Origin: the human T2T-CHM13v2.0 reference genome, Homo sapiens
NCBI RefSeq assembly: GCF_009914755.1
Contig: NC_060948.1
Strand: one strand, 5' to 3'
DNA length: 64,000 nucleotides
Shown: positions 36,982-49,281 of the stretch, piece by piece
Position numbering within the stretch: the first letter of the stretch is position 1
How the letters are laid out: each line of letters begins with the position of its first letter
Program-made: the position numbers and the translations under genes
The notes under the pieces: model-generated
Databases searched by the model: none
Told to the model about the DNA's origin: nothing
What the model saw: the letters and a program-made list of their open reading frames with translations, nothing else

Positions 36982-39080
36982 AGATCCATATTTTTTAAAT
37001 GAAAAAAAATTTCAAAGTTACTCTGCTTGGTACAATAATCAAATGTATAAACTGAGGAATAAAACATAACCATGAAACCTACTTATAACTGCATATGGAA
37101 AATACAGAGGATAATTTTTTAAATAACATATTTTGAAAGCCTTAACTAGTAATTTGAAGAGTTGGCATTTGAAAGGCCAGTATGAATATACCTTCAAAGC
37201 AGCAACACAGGTTCCCCATGAGAAAAAGCAAACTCAGGGAAAATAAAACCACAAAGGTTCAATCTCTTCTGACCTTTGAAAGACACAGCACAGACAGTGG
37301 TCCTTAGGACGAAGAGCAGGAGACCCCTAATTCCGTCACCATGGCGATAGGGCATAAACATTGCTGGGTGAGGGCACAATCCACATTGTGAGGTCCAACT
37401 GCTGCCAGGAAGACAGGAGTGCTTTTACATAGACCGAAAGGTCATTGAAGGCTCAGAGTTTTGTTTCAAGAACTGAATCCCAAGCCCACACGTTGTTAGG
37501 CTGCGCTTCTTAAAACCAGTTATGAGATGGGAAAAAGGGCACCCACAAACATACGTATACATTATATATATAATAATATACAGTATCATATATATAATAT
37601 ATATAACCTATGTATAATATTGTTTTACATCCTGCATCTTATATTATATATATTGTATAAAATATAATAATTGATAATATATAAGTTTTATATTTATACA
37701 ATATGACATATAGTATATATTATAATTTATGACATATATAATATATGTTATATATCATATATAGAATATATTATAAGGTAATATACGTATTAAATATAAA
37801 CTATACATTATATATATTATATATAATATATCTGTTATATATAACACCCATTATGCATAATATATACATTATGTCTATGTTATATATAGTATAAAACAAC
37901 ACATAATAATATATAATTGTATATATAAAATGCGACATAAAATATATATTATATTTTATGACATATGTAATATATATTATATATTATATATAATACGTTG
38001 TATGTATAATACCTATATTAAATATATATTATATGACTATGTTATTAATTACATGTCACATATGTTATATATTATATATTTTACATAGAATATACCGGTT
38101 ACATACAATATATACTATGTTACCTACAATGTATAATTGATTACATGTAAAATAAAGAAAGCAATATATTATGTATAATTTATAATATACAATATGTGGA
38201 ATGTGATATATATAACATATATGATATATGATATACAGTATATGATATATAACATACAATATATGATACCTAATATATATGGTATACAATATATATTTTA
38301 TGATATGTATTCTATATGTTTTATATTCTGTTATATATAACTATTTGAAATTATATATAACTGTATAATATTTTATGTAAATATGTAATATAATATATAT
38401 AACTATATAATATATTATATATAACTATATATTTTGTTATATATACTTTTATAACATAATTTACATAAAATATCATAATATAATATATATTATATTATTT
38501 CATATTACATAATATATATTACATATCACCCAATATAAGTAACATACATAATATTAAATTACATATTATATTATGTTATATTAAATATTATATATATCAT
38601 GTATCATATATTCTATAATATATATTACACATTATATAATATGTATGTTGTCTATTATGTGATGTATATAACTATATATATAATTATATTATTATACATA
38701 TAACTAGATAAACATGTAATTCTACATATTTTCATTTATAATATATAGATCTATATAATCATATATAATTATTTATATTCTATGAAAAATTATATCATTA
38801 TATAAATTATAATATATAAAAATTATAATATGTACTACAAATATATATATTATATATCATATATGATATAGTACCTTTGTTATATATCATAATACATATA
38901 AATGTGTATTATGTTATCTATAATTATATAATTTCATATATAAGATGTATAATATGTATCATATATTATATATGTTATGTAATATATATAGTATATATAA
39001 GATGACACAGGATAAATATTATATACTATGACATATAAAATATATGAGGTTATATGTTACATATAAGGCATAGCACATAA

Positions 39081-39395
<315 letters not shown>

Positions 39396-40870
39396 AGATC
39401 CATATTTTTTAAATGAAAAAAAATTTCAAAGGTACTCTGCTTGGTACAATAATCAAATGTATAAACTGAGGAATAAAACATAACCGTGAAACATACTTAT
39501 AACTGCATATGGAAAATACAGATTATAATTTTTTAAAATAACATATTTTGAAAGCCTTAACTAGTAATTTGAAGAGTTGGCATTTGAAAGGCCAGTATGA
39601 ATATACCTTCAAAGCAGCAACACAGGTTCCCCATGAGAAAAATCAAACTTAGGGAAAATGAAACCACAAAGGTTCAATCTTTTCTGACTTTTGAAAGACA
39701 CAGCACAGACAGTGGTCCTTAGGACGAAGAGCAGGAGACCCCTAATTCCGTCACCATGGCGATAGGGCATAAACATTGCTGGGTGAGGGCACAATCCACA
39801 TTGTGAGGTCCAACTGCTGCCAGGAAGACAGGAGTGCTTTTACATAGACCCAAAGGTCATTGAAGGCTCAGTGTTTTGTTTCAAAAACTGAATCCCAAGC
39901 CCACACGTTATTATGCTGTGCTTCTTAAAAAAAGTTATGAGATGGGAAATAGGGCACCCACAATTATATCTATACATTATGTATATAATAATATATAGAA
40001 TCATATATATAATATATGTAACATATATATATAATACTGTTTTACATCCTGCAGTTATATTATATATATTATATGTATTGTAATAACTGGTAATGTATAA
40101 GTATTATATTTATACACTATGACATATAATAATTATATTTTATGCCGTATATAATATATATTATATATCATATACCAAATATATTATATGGTTAATATAC
40201 GTATTAAATATATAATATACATTATAAATATTATATCTACGTTATATATAACATTCACTATAGTTAATATATATATTATATCTAGCTTATATATAATATA
40301 AAATAACATATAATAATATATAACTGTATATATAAAATATGACATATAATATATATTATATTTTATGACATATATATGATATGTATTATATATTATATAT
40401 AATATGTTGTAAGTATAATACATGTATTAAATATATATTATATGTCTATGTTATTAATTATATGTAATATATGTTATATATTACATATTTGATATGGAAT
40501 ACACATGTTACATAGAATATATTCTATGTTACATATAACGTAGAATTTATTATGTGTAATATAATGTATGGCATATATTATAAATTCCTTATAATATACA
40601 ATATGTGGAATGTGATATATATAACTTGTAATATATGATATATGATATACAATATATGTTATATAACATACAATATATGATACATAATATATATGGTATA
40701 GAATATATATTTTATGTTATATATTATATATGTTTTATATTTTATTATATATAAATATTTAAAATTATATATAACTGTATAATGTTATACGTAAATATAT
40801 AATATACTACATATAACCATATATTATGTTATATAAAATTTTATTACATACTTTCCATAATATATCATAT

Positions 40871-43800
40871 GGACTCCTTTGGAATGGTCTAGTATGCAAT
40901 GCAATCGACTGGCAGGGAATTAAAAGGAATGCAATCGAATGGATTGCACAGGAATGCAATGGACTCGAATAGATTGGAAACAGAATGCAAAGGAATGGAA
41001 TGGATTAGTATGGAATGGAATGGAAAGGAATGGAGTGGAATAGACTAGAGTAGAATGGAATTTACTCGAAAGCAATGGACCGGAATAGAACTTTCTTGAA
41101 TGGGCTGGAATCAAACGGAATGGAATGCTGTGCAATCAAATAGAATGAAAGAGAATCAAATCCAATCGAATGGATTGGAAAGGAATTGACTGAAATGGAA
41201 TGGACTAGAATGGAAGGCAAAGGAATGGAATCTATAGGAATGGACTGTAATGGAATGGAATGGAAGGGATTGGAATGGAATCGAATGGAATGGACTGCAA
41301 TAGAAAGGATTCGAATGGAATGAAAAAGAATTGAATGGAATAGAACAGAATGGAATCAAATCGAATGAAATGGAATGGAATAGAAAGGATTCGAATGGAA
41401 TGCAATCGAACGGAATGGAATCGAACGGAATGGAATAAAATGGAAGAAAACTGGCAAGAAATGGAATCGAAATGAATGGAGTGTTATGGAACGGACTCAA
41501 AAGGAATTGAATGTAATAGAATGGAGTGGAGTGGACTCGAATATAATGGACTGGAATGGAATGAAATCACATGGAATGGGAACGAATGGAATGGAATGGA
41601 AAGGAATGGAATCGAATGGAAAGGAATCGAATGGAAGGGAATGAAATTGAATCAACAGGAATGGAAGGGAATAGAATAGACGGTAATGGAATGGACTCGA
41701 ATAGAATGGACACGAATGCTCAAATTGAATGGACTCGAATGGAATGGAAACGAAAGGAATGTCATCGAATGTAATTGAATCGATTGGAATGAAATCGCAT
41801 AGAATGGAGTGGAATCAAATGGAATTGAGTCGAAAGGAAAGGAAGCGAATGGACTGAAATGAAATGGAATGGAATTGAATGGAAAGTAATGCAATGGAAT
41901 AGAATGGAACGAAATTTCACGGAATGGAATCAAACTGAATGGAATCAAATCAATGGAATCAAATCAAATGGAATGGAAAGGAATTGAATGGAGTAGATGG
42001 GATTGGATGGGATTGGAATGAAATGTACTGGAAAGAACTCGAATTTCATGAAACGGAATGGAATGAATTGGAACGGAATGGACTCGAATGGAATGGAATG
42101 TCATGGAATGGCATCAAATGGAATGGCATCAAATGGAATGGAATCGAATGCAATGGAATGCTATGGAATGGAATGGAATGCATTGGAATGGAATGTCCTC
42201 TAATGGAATGGATTCGAGTGGAATGGAATCGAATATAATGGAGTCGAATGAAATGGAATTGAAAGGAATGGGACCGAATACAATGGAATATACTGGAATG
42301 TAATGTAATGAACTCGAATGTAATTGACTGCAATGGAATGTACATGAATGGAATGTAATCGAATGGAAAGTAATCCAATGGAATAGAATCTAATGCAATA
42401 AAATCGACTCAAATAGAATAGAATGTAATGGAATGGAGTGCAGTGCAATGGAATGGAATGGAATGGAATGCAGTGGAATGGAATGGAATGGAATGCAATG
42501 GAATGGAATGCATTAGAATGTAATGATCATTAATGGAATGTACTCGAATGGATTCGACTGGAATGGAATGTTCTGGAAGTTTATGGACTCCAATGGAATA
42601 GATTCGAAAGGAATGGAATCGAACGGAATGGAATCTAATGGAATGGAATTAAAAGGAAATGAATCAAATTGAATAGCACGGAATTGAATTGAATGGAATA
42701 GAATGCAATGTAATCTAATGAAACAGAAAGGAAAGGAATGGAATGGAATGGAATGGGCTGGAATGGAATGGAATCGAAACGAATGGAATGGAATCGAACT
42801 AAAGAGACTGGAATGGAATGCACTGGAATGGAAGGGAGTGTAATGGAAGGTTCTCGAAAAAAATGGAATCGAATGGAATGGAATTGAATGGAACGGAATA
42901 GAGTCGAATGGAATTGAATGGAATGGAATGGACTAGAGTGAAATGGAATCGAACCACAAGGAATGGACAGGAATAGAATGGTCTCGAATTGAATGGAATC
43001 GTATGGAATGGCATCAAACGGAATGGAATGGACAGCCACGGAATGGAATGCACTCGAATGCAATGGAGTCGAAACTAATGGACTGGAATAGAATGGACTC
43101 GACTGGTACGGACTCCAATGGAATGGAATCGAATGGAAGGGAATCGAACAGAATGGACTCGAAGGGAAAAGACTGCAATGGAAAGGTCTCGAATGGAATG
43201 GAAATTAATGGAATGGAATGGAATCGAATGAAGTGGAGTCAAAAGGAATGGAATCGAATGGCAAGAAATCGAATGTAATGGAATCGCAAGGAATTGATGT
43301 GAACGGAACGGAATGGAATGGAATCCAAAGGAATGGAATAGAATGGAATGGAATCAAATGGAAAGGACTCGAATGGAAATCACTCGAATAGAATGCAATT
43401 TAATAAAATAGGATCAAATGTAATGGAATGGAATGGAAAGGAATCGAAACGAAAGGAATGGAGACAGATGGAATGGAATGGAACAGAGAGCAATGGTATA
43501 GAATGGAATGGAATCATCTGGAATGGAATTGAATGGAATGCAATAACATGAAATGGAATGGAATGGAATGGAATGCCCTTGAATTAAATGGACTGGAATG
43601 GAATGGACTCGAACAGAGTGTAATGGAAAGGGTTGAAATAGAATGGAATGGACTCGTTTGGAATGGTCTAGTATGCAATGCAATCGACTGGCAGGGAATC
43701 AAAAGGAATGTAATCAAATGGATTGGACTGGAATGCAATGGACTCGAATAGATTGGAAACGGAATGCAAAGGAATGGAATGGAATAGTATGGAATGGAAT

Positions 43801-45732
43801 GGAAAGGAATGGAGTGGAATAGACTAGAGTGGAATGGAATGGACTCAAAAGCAATGGACTGGAATGGAACTTTCTTGAATGGACTGGAATCAAACGGAAT
43901 GGAATGCAATGCAATCAAATGGCATGGAATAAAATAGAATGAAAGAGAATCAAATGGAATTGAATGGAATGGAATCGAATGGATTGGAAAGGAATAGAAT
44001 GGAATGGAATGGAATTGACTCAAATGGAATGGACTAGAATGGAATGGATTCGAATGGAAGGCAAAGGAATGGAATCTATTGGAATGGACTGTAATGGAAT
44101 GGAATGGAAGGGATTGGAATGGACTCGAATGGAATGGACTGCAATAGAAAGGATTCGAATGGAATGAAAAAGAATTGAATGGAATAGAACAGAATGGAAT
44201 CAAATCGAATGAAATGGAATGGAATAGAAAGGAATGGAATGAAATGGAATGGAAAGGATTCGAATGGAATGCAATCGAATGGAATGGAATCGAACGGAAT
44301 GGAATAAAATGGAAGAAAACTGGCAAGAAATGGAATCGAAATGAATGGAGTGTTATGGAACGGACTCAAAAGGAATTGAATGTAATAGAATTGAGTGAAG
44401 TGGACTCGAATATAATGGACTGGAATGGAATGAAATCACATGGAATGGGAACGAATGGAATGGAATGGAAAGGAATGGAATCGAATGGAAAGGAATGGAA
44501 TGGAAGGGAATGAAACTGAATCAACAGGAATGGAAGGGAGTAGAATAGACGGTAATGGAATGGACTCGAATAGAATGGACACGAATGCACAAATTGAATG
44601 GACTCGAATGGAATGGAAACGAAAGGAATGTCATCGAATGGAATTGAATCGATTGGAATGAAATCGCATAGAATGGAGTGGAATCAAATGGAATTGAATC
44701 GAAAGGAAAGGAAGCGAATGGACTGAAATGGAATGGAATGGAATGGAAAGTAATGCAATGGAATAGAATGGAACGAAATTTCACGGAATGGAATCAAACT
44801 GAATAGAATCAAATCAATGGAATATAATCAAATGGAATGGAAAGGAATTGAATGGAGTAGATTGGATTGGATGGGATTGGAATGAAATGGAATGGAAAGG
44901 ACTCGAATTTCATGAAACGGAATGGAATGAATTGGAACGGAATGGACTCGAATGGAATGGAATGTCATGGAATTGCATCAAATGGAATGGCATCAAAGGG
45001 AATGGAATCGAATGCAATGGAATGCTATGGAATGGAATGGAATGCATTGGAATGGAATGTCCTCTAATGGAATGGATTCGAGTGGAATGGAATCGAATAT
45101 AATGGAGTCGAATGAAATGGAATTGAAAGGAATGGGATCGAATACAATGGAATATACTGGAATGTAACGTAATGAACTCGAATGTAATTGACTGGAATGG
45201 AATGTACACGAATGGAATGTAATCGAATGGAAAGTAATCCAATGGAATAGAATCTAATGCAATAAAATCGACTCAAATAGAATAGAATGCAATGGAATGG
45301 AGTGCAGTGCAATGGAATGGAATGGAATGGAATGCAATGGAATGGAATGGAATGGAATGGAATGCAATGGGATGGAATGGTATGGAATGGATAGTAATGG
45401 ACTGGAGTGAAATGGACTGGAAAGGAATGGACTCAAATTGAAAGGTCTCGAAAGGAATGGAGTCAAATGGAATGGTCTGGAATGGAATGAACACGAATGT
45501 AATGCAATCCAATAGAATGGAATCGAATGGCATGGAATATAAAGAAATGCAATCGAAGAGAATGGAAACAAATGGAATGGAATTGAATGGAATGGAATTG
45601 AATGGAATGGGAACGAATGGAGTGAAATTGTATGCAGTAGAAGAGAATAGAATGGAATGCAAGCGAAAGGAAAGGAATGGATTGGAATGGAATGGAATTC
45701 ATTGGAATGGAAGGGAATGTAGTGTAATGGAC
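40871..45732 (+). repeat. Junction-proximal DYZ1 sequence: one shortened unit (2,779 bp, 40871-43649) plus part of the next
   Basis: The ggactc.tttggaatggtctagtatgc landmark at 40871 recurs at 43650; no AGGCCT occurs before 45733. Confidence 0.85.
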
Positions 45733-46108
45733 AGGCCTGGAATAAAGTGGAATGCTACGGTCTCGAATGGAATAAAAATGTATGGAATGGAATGCAATGA
45801 AACGGAATCGAATGTCATAGAATGTAATGGAATGCAAAAAAATGGAATCCAAAATCATTGACTGGAAAGGCTGGGTGTCGAAAGGAATTGACTCCAATGG
45901 AATGGAATCGAATGGAATGGAAGTGAATAGAATCGAACTAAATCGAATGGAATGGAATTGATAGGAACGGAATGGAAAGGAATGCAATGAATTGGCATGG
46001 AATGGAATCGAATGGCATCGAATGGAATGGAATGGAATGCAATGGAATGGAATGTATTAGAATGTAATGAACTTTAATGGAATGTACTCGAATGGATTCG
46101 ACTGGAAT

Positions 46109-46123
46109 GGAATGTTCTGGAAG
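46109..46123. promoter_or_regulatory. Perfect 3-unit heat-shock element sequence nGAAnnTTCnnGAAn (representative; recurs once per DYZ1 unit)
   Basis: gGAAtgTTCtgGAAg. This is a motif match only; binding is not shown. Confidence 0.45.
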
Positions 46124-46388
46124 TGAATGGACTCCAATGGAATGGATTCGAAAGGAATGGAATCGTACGGAATGGAATCTAATGGAATGGAATTAAATGG
46201 AAATGAATCAAATTGAATAGCACGGAATTGAATTGAATGGAATGGAATGCAATGGAATCTAATGAAACAGAAAGGAAAGGAATGGAATGGAATGGAATGG
46301 GCTGGAATGGAAAGGAATCGAAACGAATGGAATGGAATCGAACTGAAGAGACTGGAATGGAATGCACTGGAATGGAAGGGAGTGTAAT

Positions 46389-46403
46389 GGAATGTTCTCG
46401 AAA
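46389..46403. promoter_or_regulatory. Second perfect HSE-consensus match per DYZ1 unit (representative)
   Basis: gGAAtgTTCtcGAAa (gGAAggTTCtcGAAa in other units). Motif match only. Confidence 0.45.
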
Positions 46404-47409
46404 AAAATGGAATCGAATGGAATGGAATTGAATGGAACGGAATAGAGTCGAATGGAATTGAATGGAATGGAATGGACTAGAGTGAAATGGAATCGAACCA
46501 CAAGGAATGGACAGGAATAGAATGGTCTCGAATTGAATGGAATCGTATGGAATGGCATCAAACGGAATGGAATGGACAGCCACGGAATGGAATGCACTCG
46601 AATGCAATGGAGTCGAAACTAATGGACTGGAATAGAATGGACTCGACTGGTACGGACTCCAATGGAATGGAATCGAATGCAAGGGAATCGAACGGAATGG
46701 ACTCGAAGGGAAAAGACTGCAATGGAAAGGTCTCGAATGGAATGGAAATTAATGGAATGGATTGGAATCGAATGAAATGGAGTCAAAAGGAATGGAATCG
46801 AATGGCAAGAAATCAAATGTAATGGAATCGCAAGGAATTGATGTGAACGGAACGGAATGGAATGGAATCCAAAGGAATGGAATAGAATGGAATGGAATCG
46901 AATGGAAAGGACTCGAATGGAAATCACTCGAATAGAATGCAATTTAATAAAATAGGATCAAATGTAATGGAATGGAATGGAAAGGAATCGAAACGAAAGG
47001 AATGGAGACAGATGGAATGGAATGGAACAGAGAGCAATGGTATAGAATGGAATGGAATCATCTGGAATGGAATTGAATGGAATGGAATAACATGAAATGG
47101 AATGGAATGGAATGGAATGCCCTTGAATTAAATGGACTGGAATGGAATGGACTCGAACAGAGTGGAATGGAAAGTGTTGAAATATAATGGAATGGACTCC
47201 TTTGGAATGGTCTAGTATGCAATGCAATCGACTGGCAGGGAATCAAAAGGAATGTAATCGAATGGATTGGACTGGAATGCAATGGATTCGAATAGATTGG
47301 AAACGGAATGCAAAGGAATGGAATGGAATAGTATGGAATGGAATGGAAAGTAATGGAGTGGAATAGACTAGAGTGGAATGGAATGGACTGGAAAGCAATG
47401 GACTGGAAT

Positions 47410-47424
47410 GGAACTTTCTTGAAT
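47410..47424. promoter_or_regulatory. Third perfect HSE-consensus match per DYZ1 unit (representative)
   Basis: gGAActTTCttGAAt. Motif match only. Confidence 0.45.
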
Positions 47425-49281
47425 GGACTGGAATCAAACGGAATGGAATGCACTGCAATCAAATGGCATGGAATAAAATAGAATGAAAGAGAATCAAACG
47501 GAATTGAATCGAATGGAATCGAATGGATTGGAAAGGAATAGAATGGAATGGAATGGAATTGACTCAAATGGAATGGACTAGAATGGAATGGATTCGAATG
47601 GAAGGCAAAGGAATGGAATCTATTGGAATGGACTGTAATGGAATGGAATGGAAGGGATTGGAATGGACTCGAATGGAATGGACTGCAATAGAAAGGATTC
47701 GAATGGAATGAAAAAGAATTGAATGGAATAGAACAGAATGGAATCAAATCGAATGAAATTGAATGGAATAGAAAGGAATGGAATGAAATGGAATGGAAAG
47801 GATTCGAATGGAATGCAATCGAATGGAATGCAATCGAATGGAATGGAATCGAACGGAATGGAATAAAATGGAAGAAAACTGGCAAGAAATGGAATCGAAA
47901 TGAATGGAGTGTTATGGAACGGACTCAAAAGGAATTGAATGTAATAGAATGGAGTGGAGTGGACTCGAATATAATGGACTGGAAGGGAATGAAATCACAT
48001 GGAATGGGAACGAATGGAATGGAATGGAAAGGAATGGAATCGAATGGAAAGGAATCGAATGGAAGGGAATGAAATTGAATCAACAGGAATGGAAGGGAAT
48101 AGAATAGACGGTAATGGAATGGACTCGAATAGAATGGACACGAATGCTCAAATTGAATGGACTCGAGTGGAATGGAAACGAAACGAATGTCATCGAATGT
48201 AATTGAATCGATTGGAATGAAATCGCATAGAATGGAGTGGAATCAAATGGAATTGAGTCGAAAGGAAAGGAAGCGAATGGACTGAAATGAAATGGAATGG
48301 AATTGAATGGAAAGTAATGCAATGGAATAGAATGGAACGAAATTTCACGGAATGGAATCAAACTGAATGGAATCAAATCAATGGAATATAATCAAATGGA
48401 ATGGAAAGGAATTGAATGGAGTAGATGGGACTGGATGGGATTGGAATGAAATGTACTGGAAAGGACTCGAATTTCATGAAACGGAATGGAATGAATTGGA
48501 ACGGAATGGACTCGAATGGAATGGAATGTCATGGAATGGCATCAAATGGAATGGAATCGAATGCAATGGAATGCTATGGAATGGAATGCAATGCATTGGA
48601 ATGGAATGTCCTCTAATGGAATGGATTCGAGTGGAATGGAATCGAATATAATGGAGTCGAATGAAATGGAATTGAAAGGAATGGGATCGAATACAATGGA
48701 ATATACTGGAATGTAACGTAATGAACTCGAATGTAATTGACTGGAATGGAATGTACATGAATGGAATGTAATCGAATGGAAAGTAATCCAATGGAATAGA
48801 ATCTAATGCAATAAAATCGACTCAAATAGAATAGAATGGAATGGAATGGAGTGCAGTGCAATGGAATGGAAGGGAATGGAATGCAATGGAATGGAATGTA
48901 ATGGAATGGAATGGAATGGGATGGAATGGTATGGAATGGATAGTAATGGACTGGAGTGAAATGGACTGGAAAGGAATGGACTCAAATTGAAAGGGCTCGA
49001 AAGGAATGCAGTCAAATGGAATGATCTGGAATGGAATGAACACGAATGTAATGCAATCCAATAGAATGGAATCGAATGGCATGGAATATAAAGAAATGGA
49101 ATCGAAGAGAATGGAAACAAATGGAATGGAATTGAATGGAATGGAATTGAATGGAATGAGAATGAATGGAGTGAAATTGTATGCAGTAGAAGAGAATAGA
49201 ATGGAATGCAAGCGAAAGGAAAGGAATGGATTGGAATGGAATGGAATTCATTGGAATGGAAGGGAATGTAGTGTAATGGAC

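Larger units (their letters stand above)
45733..49281 (+). repeat. DYZ1 unit, variant A (3,549 bp)
   Basis: AGGCCT-to-AGGCCT distance; extra 15-mer gaatgcaatcgaatg near 47811-47840. Confidence 0.9.
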
